Below, one piece after another: positions 46,835-55,244 of a stretch of 64,000 nucleotides of DNA (position 1 is the first letter of the stretch; every line of letters starts with the position of its first letter). A model generated the notes under the pieces. It ran no database searches. It had not been told where the DNA came from and worked only from the letters and a program-made list of their open reading frames with translations. This DNA is from Clostridiales bacterium. GTDB taxonomy: Bacteria > Bacillota > Clostridia > Christensenellales > Borkfalkiaceae. Both the position numbers and the translations under genes were made by a program. The stretch is from NCBI GenBank assembly GCA_015069295.1, contig SVIW01000002.1, positions 14,753 to 78,752 of the forward strand, read 5' to 3'.

Positions 46835-47530
46835 TCAATAGATTTTTATAAGGCGAAAAGCCGTTTTGTCGCAAGAAGTCAAAAGATACTCTATCCCCCT
46901 GCGCTCCGTTTTCATCGGGAAATACGCCAATCCGTGGATATGTCCAAAGACGACTTTTTCCACGCCGTTTGTTTCAAACAAGTCGGTAAAAAGGGTCTTT
47001 TCGCTCTTTAAGCCAAAGGGCGGATAATGAATCATCGCCACCGTTTTATCCCCTTCTTGCCTTAACTTTTCCGCCTCTAAAAAGGCAAGGCGAAAGCGCT
47101 CCGCTTCGCGAAGATAGAGCTTTTGATCCTGTTCGGTATAATCCGTACTACCCGGACAAGTCCACCCGCGAGAGCCGACGATAACGAAATCGCCGATACG
47201 CACCGCGCCCGTCTGCAAAAAGACGAACGAATCGTTGGGCGCGCGGTCGCGCAATTTGGTGATTCCGTTCCACCAATAATCGTGGTTGCCGCGGATAAAC
47301 ACCTTTTTCCCCGGCAAATTGGCAAGCTCGTTTAAATCGGTAATCGCGTCGTCGAGCTTCATCGCCCAGCTGATATCCCCCGCAATTAAAACGATATCGT
47401 CCTTATCCACCTTTTCCAGCCAGTCGGATTTTATTTTTTCAAAATGCCCTTCCCAGTTGCCCCCGAAAACGTCCATCGGCTTGTCCGAGGTAAAGGAAAG
47501 ATGCAAATCGCTGATTGCATACACGTTCAT
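46835..47530 (-). CDS. Metallophosphoesterase
   Basis: Start at ATG 47530 (MNVYAISDLHLSF). Motifs DLH, GDISW, GNHDYWW and GHIH. Confidence 0.8.
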   Translation of the reverse strand: MNVYAISDLHLSFTSDKPMDVFGGNWEGHFEKIKSDWLEKVDKDDIVLIAGDISWAMKLDDAITDLNELANLPGKKVFIRGNHDYWWNGITKLRDRAPNDSFVFLQTGAVRIGDFVIVGSRGWTCPGSTDYTEQDQKLYLREAERFRLAFLEAEKLRQEGDKTVAMIHYPPFGLKSEKTLFTDLFETNGVEKVVFGHIHGLAYFPMKTERRGIEYLLTSCDKTAFRLIKIY

Positions 47531-47630
47531 AGTCTTATTATACCATTTTCTTTGGAAAAAAGCAAGACTTTTTATCTTCCCGCGCAAGCGATTTTTTTTT
47601 CGTCAAGCGGTTTACAAAACAGAAAAACGC

Positions 47631-47659
47631 TTGACATTTTTTCTTAGAGTTGGTATTAT
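47631..47659 (+). promoter_or_regulatory. Sigma-A promoter of the 347-aa lipoprotein gene
   Basis: TTGACA (47631-47636), 17 nt, TATTAT (47654-47659), with TG at 47651-47652. Confidence 0.55.
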
Positions 47660-47701
47660 GATAGTATATCGAAAATATTTCATTTTCAAGGAGAAACTAT
47701 T

Positions 47702-48745
47702 ATGAAAAAATTTAGAAAAATTCTTGCCATCACTCTTGCGGCAACCTCTCTGTTCGCCTTCACTGCTTGCGGCGACGAAAAGGAAGACGGCTCCGTCAAC
47801 AACGGCCCTTCCGTCAACGTTCCCAAAGACGAGTTCGTTTTTGACGAAATCTCCACAGCCGAACAAGAAGCCGCTTATAACAGCTTCCAAACCCTTTTCA
47901 GCGCGGCGACGAACGAATTGGAAAGCGTGGATAAACTGTACACGAAATATTCGAGCACGATGGAAGCTATCAACAGCTCCTTACTGCACGCAAAATTAGA
48001 CAACGTAAAAGAAGTCTTAACCACGAATTGTTCGGCTAAATGGGAAGCGGAAATCCCCGCAGAGGGAGAAACGCCCGCAACGCCCGAAGTCTTCGAATAC
48101 GCGCACGAAACCATCGCCGACAGCAAAGCGGTAATGCTGGTAGGCACTTCGTCCAGCTTGATTGACTACGACGTTTCCGCCTATCAGTACATCACGGGCG
48201 GCACGTATTATCAAAAGCAAATCACCAACGCTCCCGCATACGGTCAGAACAACGTTACGGTTACGGATCAATACCCCACGACCGCTTCCATCGTATCGCA
48301 AATCAAAGCGTCTTTGCCTTCCGTAAAAACGCTGGATATTCTTTCCGAAGTGCTTGGCGATTCGTTCGCGGATTTCACCACCACTTGCAGTAACGTGAAG
48401 CTGTATAAAAACGAAGCGGAACACGCATACAAAATCAGTTTTGATATGAGCGCGCTCCGCATTGACGACCTCGTAAGATACTGCAGCTACAACCCCAGCG
48501 GTATGTTGGCACAGCTCCGTCAATACAACATCGATCCCGACACGGTACGCGCAAATTACAATCTTAGCTATACCATCGTTTTAACGGAAGACAACCAACT
48601 TGCACAAATCAAAGGGGTTATTTTGCAAAAGGACGGCGAGACAGCAGGCTATAAAAAGCTGTTCAACGGTTTCGTTTACCACGAAACGGCAACCTTGCAC
48701 GACAGCTTGACCATCAGCTTCCCCGCAGATCTTTCCACTTATTGA
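47702..48745 (+). CDS. Hypothetical lipoprotein
   Basis: MKKFRKILAITLAATSLFAFTAC is a signal peptide plus lipobox. AAGGAG RBS. 347 aa. Confidence 0.75.
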   Translation: MKKFRKILAITLAATSLFAFTACGDEKEDGSVNNGPSVNVPKDEFVFDEISTAEQEAAYNSFQTLFSAATNELESVDKLYTKYSSTMEAINSSLLHAKLDNVKEVLTTNCSAKWEAEIPAEGETPATPEVFEYAHETIADSKAVMLVGTSSSLIDYDVSAYQYITGGTYYQKQITNAPAYGQNNVTVTDQYPTTASIVSQIKASLPSVKTLDILSEVLGDSFADFTTTCSNVKLYKNEAEHAYKISFDMSALRIDDLVRYCSYNPSGMLAQLRQYNIDPDTVRANYNLSYTIVLTEDNQLAQIKGVILQKDGETAGYKKLFNGFVYHETATLHDSLTISFPADLSTY

Positions 48746-48762
48746 TTTTTCAAGGCAAAACG

Positions 48763-48792
48763 AAAGCCGCGCAGTTTTAGCTGCGCGGCTTT
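48763..48792. terminator. Bidirectional terminator
   Basis: aaagccgcgcag / ctgcgcggcttt stem with a 6-nt loop, then tcttttt. Confidence 0.8.
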
Positions 48793-48797
48793 TCTTT

Positions 48798-49475
48798 TTA
48801 ATTGTTGCAGGTATTATTGCAATTTTTACAGCCGCCGCGGTGGCTCTGCGGATACAAAGGCAATTCGAAAAATCCCGAACATACCTCTTGTGAATATTCC
48901 TGCGCAGGCGGGAGCACGCAATACCCGTACGTGGGCACCAACAGCTCGACGGGCATCGATATTTTCAAAATGACCGTCGCGCAAAGGCTGACGACAAATC
49001 CCTGCGTTTCCGCGTCATACGTACCGTCAGGCGCTACGACGCTGACCACCGCCTTTACCGTAAACGGGATAATGGAGGGGGCAGGTACGAAGAGAAGCAC
49101 GTCGACGGGCATCGAAACCGTTGCCGCCGCGCTGCCGTCTACGCCTGCCGCGTCGGTATATAATACCTCTACGGGCACGGAAACGGTCGCCTGTACGCGC
49201 GCGCATTGTTTATCGGCTTGCCGCTCGATAGAAAGCCCCGATACCGTTGCTTCGGCAGAGAGCGAACGCGCGGATACGAAAGTCAAAGGATATGTAGGGT
49301 CGGCGGGCGTCAAATCGGTGAGCGTGAGGGTATAATTTTCGATTTGGCGCTGCTGTATGCAAGCGTCAAAAATTTTTTCTACCTGTATGCACACCTTTTC
49401 CACCAAGCCGTTCAACGGATTGCCCGTTACCGAGCCCGGGCATTTATCCGATTGGAAATTGGAATAAAAGGACAT
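48798..49475 (-). CDS. Hypothetical beta-rich protein with a Cys-rich C-terminus (possible spore-coat-associated; function unknown)
   Basis: 225 aa with AGGAGG RBS. Repetitive V/T/A-rich strands (VQATVSVPVEVLY, ATVSMPVDVLLFVP). C-terminal GGCKNCNNTCNN. A LysM gene lies upstream. Confidence 0.68.
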   Translation of the reverse strand: MSFYSNFQSDKCPGSVTGNPLNGLVEKVCIQVEKIFDACIQQRQIENYTLTLTDLTPADPTYPLTFVSARSLSAEATVSGLSIERQADKQCARVQATVSVPVEVLYTDAAGVDGSAAATVSMPVDVLLFVPAPSIIPFTVKAVVSVVAPDGTYDAETQGFVVSLCATVILKISMPVELLVPTYGYCVLPPAQEYSQEVCSGFFELPLYPQSHRGGCKNCNNTCNN

Positions 49476-49565
49476 AGGGTTACCTCCTGTTACGAATAGA
49501 TCCGAAAAAATTTCAGTCGCGTCATCGTTACTATTATATCCTATGCCTCTGCCCCTCTTTTTGTG

Positions 49566-49847
49566 CTATTGCAAAAGCACCCGCATTCCGATATAAAAGC
49601 TTTTTCCGTTTAATTTTTCGTAGCGCTCGGCGCTGCCGCAAAGTAGCGTTTTCGTGTCCCCCTCTTTGACGACGTACAAATTTCCCCGCTCTTTGGGAAC
49701 GATAAGCACCTGCCCGACAAAAATCGGGCATTTTAACCCGTTTTCTTTGACGAGCAAATAAACGGACGTGGAATAATACGCCGCAATATCCGCAAGCGTT
49801 TGCCCCTTTTCCACTCTATGAAATTTTGCCGAGCGTTTTTCTAACAT
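49566..49847 (-). CDS. LysM-domain protein
   Basis: 93 aa. HRVEKGQTLADIAAYYSTSVYLLVKENGL...GQVLIVP is a LysM motif. A second, degenerate LysM-like half begins YVVKEGDT. Confidence 0.72.
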   Translation of the reverse strand: MLEKRSAKFHRVEKGQTLADIAAYYSTSVYLLVKENGLKCPIFVGQVLIVPKERGNLYVVKEGDTKTLLCGSAERYEKLNGKSFYIGMRVLLQ

Positions 49848-49922
49848 TTGCTATCAATATATGCTCGCCCTCTCCGTAATATACCCGTTCTATTCGTCCA
49901 AGTTTCCAAGTACAATATATCT

Positions 49923-51467
49923 ATGGAAAACAAGGTATACAAAAATGCGTCTATCGTAACGGGGCTGTCCGTCGCCGAACGGGGATTGGGCTTTTTATAT
50001 CGCGTCGTACTCTCCCGCCTCATCGGTGCGGAAGGCTTGGGGCTGTACCAAGTCGCCCTCTCCCTATTTTCTTTGTTTTTAACCGTGGGGACGGGCGGTA
50101 TTCCCATCACCGTTTCGCGTATGATTTCCAAATGCAAAGCAAACGGCGATACCGCGGGCGAACGCCGCGTCGTCGGAGCAGGACTTTGCGCCTGCCTTTT
50201 GCTGACCTTGCCCGTTGCTTTGTTGTTGGCGATTTTTGGAAAAAACTTCACTTTTCTGTTTTCCGACTCGCGCTGTTTTAATCTTTTCAAAATTTTACTG
50301 ATCGGGCTTTGTTTTTCTTCTATCTACGCCGTGCTCCGCGGCAGTTTTTGGGGAAATAAAGAATTTTTGCTCCCCTCTATCGTCGAAATTGCCGAAGAAA
50401 CGGTAATGGTCATAGCGGGAGTTTTGCTGTTGCAAAACGTTTCCTCCCCGTTAAACGGCGCGGAGAAAGCGGTGTGGGCGGTCGTGCTTTCTTACCTCTT
50501 CTCCTTCTCGCTAGCAATCCTTTTATTTTTTCTTCGCGGCTATAAAATTTCTAAGCCGAAAAAAGAGCTTAAATCCCTGTTCACCTCGTCCCTGCCTATC
50601 ACGTCCGTCCGTGCAGGCGGGTCTTTAATCAATTCTGCCATCGCCGTTTTGCTGCCTGTTATGCTTATACGCAGCGGTATGGGAGAAAGCGACGCTTTCG
50701 CCTTATTCGGCGTACTTTCGGGTATGGTCTTGCCTCTGCTTTTTATCCCTTCCACCCTCATAGGATCCCTCTCCCTCGTACTCGTACCCGAGCTGTCTGA
50801 AGATTATTATCGGGGGAATTACACCCACCTGTACACCAACCTGCGGCGGGGGATTAAATTTTCTTTCCTCATCGCTTGCGCCATTCTACCCTTCTTTTTT
50901 ACGCTGGGCTACGACCTTGGCGCGCTCGCCTTTTCCAACCTTACCGCAGGAGAAATGATTTCTTACAGCGCCCCGATTTTGCTGCCTATGAGCTTGACGA
51001 TGATTACGACTTCTATGCTCAATTCGTTGGGATTTGAAAAGCAAACCTTCCTCGTCTACTTTTTTAGCGCGGCGATTTTACTGCTTTGCGTTTTGCTGCT
51101 CCCCGCCCTGTGCGGCGGATACGCATATCTTATTGGCTTGGGCGCAAGTTTTTCCGTAAATGCCCTTTGCAATTTCCTTTTTCTTTTGAAAAAATGCCCG
51201 CTGTATCAAAACCGCGGCAAGCAAGTTTTTTTACGCGAATTTTTACCCCATCTTCTCGCCGTTCTCCCCCTTTCCCTGCTTGGGTATTTCACCCACGGTT
51301 TGTTGGCGAGATTCTTCTCCACCCCGCTCGCCCTCTTTACTACGACTTTCGTACTCCTTCTTGCGACCTGCGCCTTGTATTTCGTAACGGGCGCGCTCCG
51401 TTTCGAAGCCTTGAAAAAATTCCTACCCGCAAAACGACGCGAAAGACGAAAAACGGGGGATTTTTGA
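49923..51467 (+). CDS. MOP-superfamily flippase (SpoVB / MurJ-like polysaccharide biosynthesis protein)
   Basis: Start at ATG 49923. N-terminus NASIVTGLSVAERGLGFLYRVVLSRLIGAEGLGLYQVALSLF. About 14 TM helices. Confidence 0.8.
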   Translation: MENKVYKNASIVTGLSVAERGLGFLYRVVLSRLIGAEGLGLYQVALSLFSLFLTVGTGGIPITVSRMISKCKANGDTAGERRVVGAGLCACLLLTLPVALLLAIFGKNFTFLFSDSRCFNLFKILLIGLCFSSIYAVLRGSFWGNKEFLLPSIVEIAEETVMVIAGVLLLQNVSSPLNGAEKAVWAVVLSYLFSFSLAILLFFLRGYKISKPKKELKSLFTSSLPITSVRAGGSLINSAIAVLLPVMLIRSGMGESDAFALFGVLSGMVLPLLFIPSTLIGSLSLVLVPELSEDYYRGNYTHLYTNLRRGIKFSFLIACAILPFFFTLGYDLGALAFSNLTAGEMISYSAPILLPMSLTMITTSMLNSLGFEKQTFLVYFFSAAILLLCVLLLPALCGGYAYLIGLGASFSVNALCNFLFLLKKCPLYQNRGKQVFLREFLPHLLAVLPLSLLGYFTHGLLARFFSTPLALFTTTFVLLLATCALYFVTGALRFEALKKFLPAKRRERRKTGDF

Positions 51468-51519
51468 CGATTTTTTTGTATTTTTCGCCCGTTTTTGCAA
51501 ACTTTTTTTCTTTTCACTC

Positions 51520-51548
51520 TTGACAAGTAAACAGATTAGGAGTACAAT
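51520..51548 (+). promoter_or_regulatory. Sigma-A promoter of pgi
   Basis: TTGACA (51520-51525), 17 nt, TACAAT (51543-51548). Confidence 0.6.
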
Positions 51549-51578
51549 AATAGAGAAAATAAAAACAAGGAGATTTTT

Positions 51579-53012
51579 ATGGGATACAAAACGAGAGACT
51601 GGCGTAATTCTATGCGCGTAACGCTGGATTACAACAATATGACGGACAAATTTTTAGGCGACAAGGGCTTCACCGAAAAGAAACTTTCCTCCTACGCCTC
51701 CAAAGCCAACGCGGCGTTCAAATACGTAAAGGAAAACCGCGGCAAGGACGAACTGTATATGGGTTGGACGGAGCTTCCCTACAACCAAAAGGAAATCGTT
51801 GCCGATATTTTGCAGACGGCAAAATCGGTAAGAAAAAAATTCCAATACTTCGTCGTTTTGGGTATCGGCGGAAGCGCGCTCGGTCCGATTATGGCGTTTA
51901 ACGCTTTGTGCCATTTGCATTATAACGATTTACCCAAATCCAAGAGAAAGGGGCCTAAGTTCTACGTAGAAGACAACGTTGACCCCGTGCGTATGCGCGA
52001 TTTGTTGGACGTTATCGAACCGGAAAAAACCTGCTTTAACGTCGTTTCCAAATCGGGCGCGACGAGCGAAACGATGACCCAATACCTCATTATCCTCGAC
52101 CTTTTGACGAAAGCGGGCGTCAACGTCAAAGACAACGTTATCTTTACGACGGACGAAAAGAAGGGCAACCTCAAAAAGATTTCCGACGAATGCGGCGGAA
52201 TTAAGAGCTATATCCTCCCCGACGGCGTAGGCGGAAGATTCTCTCAGCTTTGTCCCGTAGGGCTTTTGCCCGCGGCGGTGCTCGGCATCGATATCGTCGG
52301 CTTGCTTGCAGGCGCGGCGTATATGGATTCGATTTGTAACAAGCCCGCAATGCGCCACAACCCCGCGTTGATGTCTGCCGTTTTGCAGATTGCAGCGATG
52401 GAAGAGGGTAAAAATATCGGCGTTATGATGCCCTATTCGGATAATTTGAAATTCCTTGCCGACTGGTATTGCCAGCTTTGGGCGGAATCCCTCGGCAAAA
52501 ACGAAACGCTTGACGGCAAGCCCTGCAACGTTGGGCAAACCCCCGTTAAATCCCTCGGCGTTACCGACCAGCACTCGCAGGTACAACTCTATACCGAAGG
52601 TCCTTTCGACAAAGTCGTTACCTTCCTTTCCTTGAAAAAGTACGGCTGTGAAATGCCTATCCCCCACGGCTGTGAAAATATCCCCGACGTTGCGTTCCTC
52701 GGCGGTCATACGATGGAAGAGCTTATCCAAGCGGAAAACGCGGCAACGGCGTACGCCTTGACGAAAGCGGGCAGAATGAATTACACCCTTTGGATTCCCG
52801 AGCTCAACGCGTTCACCTTGGGGCAGCTTTTGTTCCTGTTCGAATTGCAGACCGCGTATGCAGGCGCGATGCTCAACATCAACACCTTCAACCAGCCCGG
52901 CGTAGAAGAGGGCAAAAAGGCAACCTTTGCCCTGCTTGGCAAAGCGGGCTATGCGGCGAAGAAAGAAGAGCTTGACTCTCTGCCTGCAAAGGACGAAAAG
53001 TGCATCATCTAA
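51579..53012 (+). CDS. pgi: Glucose-6-phosphate isomerase
   Basis: 477 aa with AAGGAG 7 nt upstream. Contains VVLGIGGSALGP, VSKSGATSET and GVTDQHSQVQLY motifs. Confidence 0.93.
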   Translation: MGYKTRDWRNSMRVTLDYNNMTDKFLGDKGFTEKKLSSYASKANAAFKYVKENRGKDELYMGWTELPYNQKEIVADILQTAKSVRKKFQYFVVLGIGGSALGPIMAFNALCHLHYNDLPKSKRKGPKFYVEDNVDPVRMRDLLDVIEPEKTCFNVVSKSGATSETMTQYLIILDLLTKAGVNVKDNVIFTTDEKKGNLKKISDECGGIKSYILPDGVGGRFSQLCPVGLLPAAVLGIDIVGLLAGAAYMDSICNKPAMRHNPALMSAVLQIAAMEEGKNIGVMMPYSDNLKFLADWYCQLWAESLGKNETLDGKPCNVGQTPVKSLGVTDQHSQVQLYTEGPFDKVVTFLSLKKYGCEMPIPHGCENIPDVAFLGGHTMEELIQAENAATAYALTKAGRMNYTLWIPELNAFTLGQLLFLFELQTAYAGAMLNINTFNQPGVEEGKKATFALLGKAGYAAKKEELDSLPAKDEKCII

Positions 53013-53024
53013 ATAATAAACACG

Positions 53025-53056
53025 AAACGGCGCTCGATTGAGCGCCGTTTTTTTCT
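53025..53056 (+). terminator. Intrinsic terminator after pgi
   Basis: aaacggcgctc / gagcgccgttt stem with loop gatt, then ttttt. Confidence 0.82.
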
Positions 53057-53070
53057 GTTTTATGCGTATA

Positions 53071-53100
53071 AAAAGCGGGAACTTTCGTTCCCGCTTTTTT
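53071..53100. terminator. Bidirectional terminator (serves the 493-aa lipoprotein gene)
   Basis: agcgggaac / gttcccgct stem with loop tttc, flanked by an A-run and a T-run. Confidence 0.75.
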
Positions 53101-53107
53101 CTGTATT

Positions 53108-54589
53108 TTATCCGATCATAACCATTTCAAACAGAGTTTCCGTATCGTCCGTTCTTGTTTCAACTTTTTCGATAAAGTAAAGCTGCCCGCCTTCCAAAAC
53201 GACTTCATCGTCAGCCGATTGCTCTTCGCCGTTTACGTAAATCGTCGTATTAGGAGCTCCATAGACGTAGTAGGATTCCCCTGCCTCATAAACCTCCACG
53301 TACGAAGATTCATAATCGCTATAAGCGTAAACCGAAGCATATACCGGCGAAAAATCACAAACCGTCTTTTCGATTTCAATCATAATACAGTAATCTGCAT
53401 TGAGGGTTAATTCTTTTACGTACAGCGTACCGATTTGCAACAGCTCGTCTGCCGTCATACCCGTCGTGTCCAGCTTCGTCGTGCAAGCCTCGTCCGTGTA
53501 CCATACGTCCGCCGTTTCACACGCTTCGTAGAAATGAGAATTGAGGTATTCAATCGCCTCGTCTGCCGTCGAGCCTTGGATATCCAGATTAAATTTCTTG
53601 CCTTGATAGCCTACGCTTATTTCGTCCCACAAATTTTCTGGCACAGGATCCGTTTCGGGCAAAGCGATCTCCGTCGAGTTATAAAATTCCTCGTCAAATT
53701 CGTAGGAATAAGCATAAGACGAATAATACGTAGCCGTACTGCTCTTCCCCGTAGCGGTCTCGGTCGTTACATGGACGTTTTCCGTCTTTGCCTCTAAAAG
53801 GTATCCGCCCTTAAAGGAATAGGTCGCAAGTGCCGTAGAGTTCAGCTTATAACCGTTCATTGTCGTAGATATAATGGTCGTTGCGATAAGACTATCCACC
53901 CCGTCTTCGCTTGCAATCTCTATTTTTACCTCTGCTGAAGCGTTAGGATCTACTTGCTTTTGCTTTGTCTCGGAATCCGTCGCGACCTGATTGTAATTAG
54001 ACCGAAGGGTTGCAAGGTCGGAAATGGTTAAAAAGTTCAACCCCATCATTTCTTCAATAAATGCCGACGGAGAATATCCGCTAAAAGAATCCTGCCAAGA
54101 GTAGTTTCCTAAGAAATTGTACGCCGTACCATACTCTATCCACTCCTCTTTGTCGTAATTCCATCCTTTTTCAAATTCAAGCTTCAACAGATCGTCATTT
54201 TCCTGCCAAACCTTTTCTTGAACAACGGATTTTCCTTGGTAATTATACTCGCCGTAGCTTTGTGCGTATTCGTCCTCTTCTAAAGACACCGCTCTTTTTC
54301 CTGCAACGTCTACCGACTTTACAAGCTTATTCTTCGAGGTATACGTTCCGCTCTCGCTGGAATACTCGCTCGTAACCGTGAAATCGCCCTCGTAAGCCAC
54401 CGTCGTTGCAATGGCTTGCTTGATGTTAGCAAAGAGCTCCTCTTCGCCCGTAGGCGAAACGATAGGACCGCCCCCGCCGCCGCTGCCGCCGTCGTCTGCC
54501 GCGGGGTCCTCTTCGCCGCACGCCGTCATACTAAACCCCATACAAAGCGCAAGGGTGAGGGTCAAAAAGGATAAAAATTTCTTCTTCAT
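53108..54589 (-). CDS. Hypothetical large lipoprotein
   Basis: MKKKFLSFLTLTLALCMGFSMTAC is a signal peptide plus lipobox, followed by a Gly-rich linker. 493 aa. Confidence 0.75.
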   Translation of the reverse strand: MKKKFLSFLTLTLALCMGFSMTACGEEDPAADDGGSGGGGGPIVSPTGEEELFANIKQAIATTVAYEGDFTVTSEYSSESGTYTSKNKLVKSVDVAGKRAVSLEEDEYAQSYGEYNYQGKSVVQEKVWQENDDLLKLEFEKGWNYDKEEWIEYGTAYNFLGNYSWQDSFSGYSPSAFIEEMMGLNFLTISDLATLRSNYNQVATDSETKQKQVDPNASAEVKIEIASEDGVDSLIATTIISTTMNGYKLNSTALATYSFKGGYLLEAKTENVHVTTETATGKSSTATYYSSYAYSYEFDEEFYNSTEIALPETDPVPENLWDEISVGYQGKKFNLDIQGSTADEAIEYLNSHFYEACETADVWYTDEACTTKLDTTGMTADELLQIGTLYVKELTLNADYCIMIEIEKTVCDFSPVYASVYAYSDYESSYVEVYEAGESYYVYGAPNTTIYVNGEEQSADDEVVLEGGQLYFIEKVETRTDDTETLFEMVMIG

Positions 54590-54802
54590 AATACACCTCC
54601 GTATCCTTTCGAAAAAGGATTTGTCTTCCTATATTGTATCACGACCGCCTGTTTTTGTCAATACCTATAAAAAATTTTTTTTGCCGTATAAAAAGCCGCT
54701 ATTTGGCAATACTTTACAAAGAAAATGCGTAGCGCAAACCCGTCCCCTTTACATAATATACAGTAAGGGAGTTCGTTCGGTTTGCAAAAGAGGTAAAGTA
54801 GT

Positions 54803-55153
54803 ATGCAAGTAAAACGCGGAGAATTGTATTATGCCGATTTATCCCCCGTGGTGGGCAGCGAGCAGGGAGGAATACGCCCCGTATTGGTCGTGCAAAACGA
54901 TATCGGCAACAAATATTCGCCCACCATCATCGCCGCCGCCGTTACCAGCAAAATCAATAAAGCAAAGCTCCCTACCCATATCGAGCTGCCCTCGGCGTAC
55001 GGCTTGGCAAAGGACAGCGTGATTTTATTAGAACAAATTCGGACTTTGGATAAACGCCGCCTTAAAGAGCGGATTGGCGAACTGCCGCCCGCCACGATGA
55101 ACCGCGTCAACAAGGCGATTTTAATCAGTCTTGGATTCCCCGTAACTCCGTAA
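54803..55153 (+). CDS. mazF: PemK/MazF-family endoribonuclease toxin (EndoA-like)
   Basis: 116 aa. [46 protein letters not shown] is near-canonical MazF/EndoA sequence. Confidence 0.9.
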   Translation: MQVKRGELYYADLSPVVGSEQGGIRPVLVVQNDIGNKYSPTIIAAAVTSKINKAKLPTHIELPSAYGLAKDSVILLEQIRTLDKRRLKERIGELPPATMNRVNKAILISLGFPVTP

Positions 55154-55244
55154 TCGATAAAAACGGATAAAAACCGACGGAAAAAACAAACTTCCGCACA
55201 CGACGACCCCGTATAATAAAGGTATTCGTGCGCGGAGGTTTTTT

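Noticed and set aside
54411-54812. 133-aa ORF ending 10 nt into mazF, considered as a MazE antitoxin candidate
   Set aside because: Most of it is antisense to the lipoprotein gene. The intergenic part has no internal Met and is very basic and hydrophobic, unlike RHH or AbrB antitoxins. The region looks like promoter DNA.
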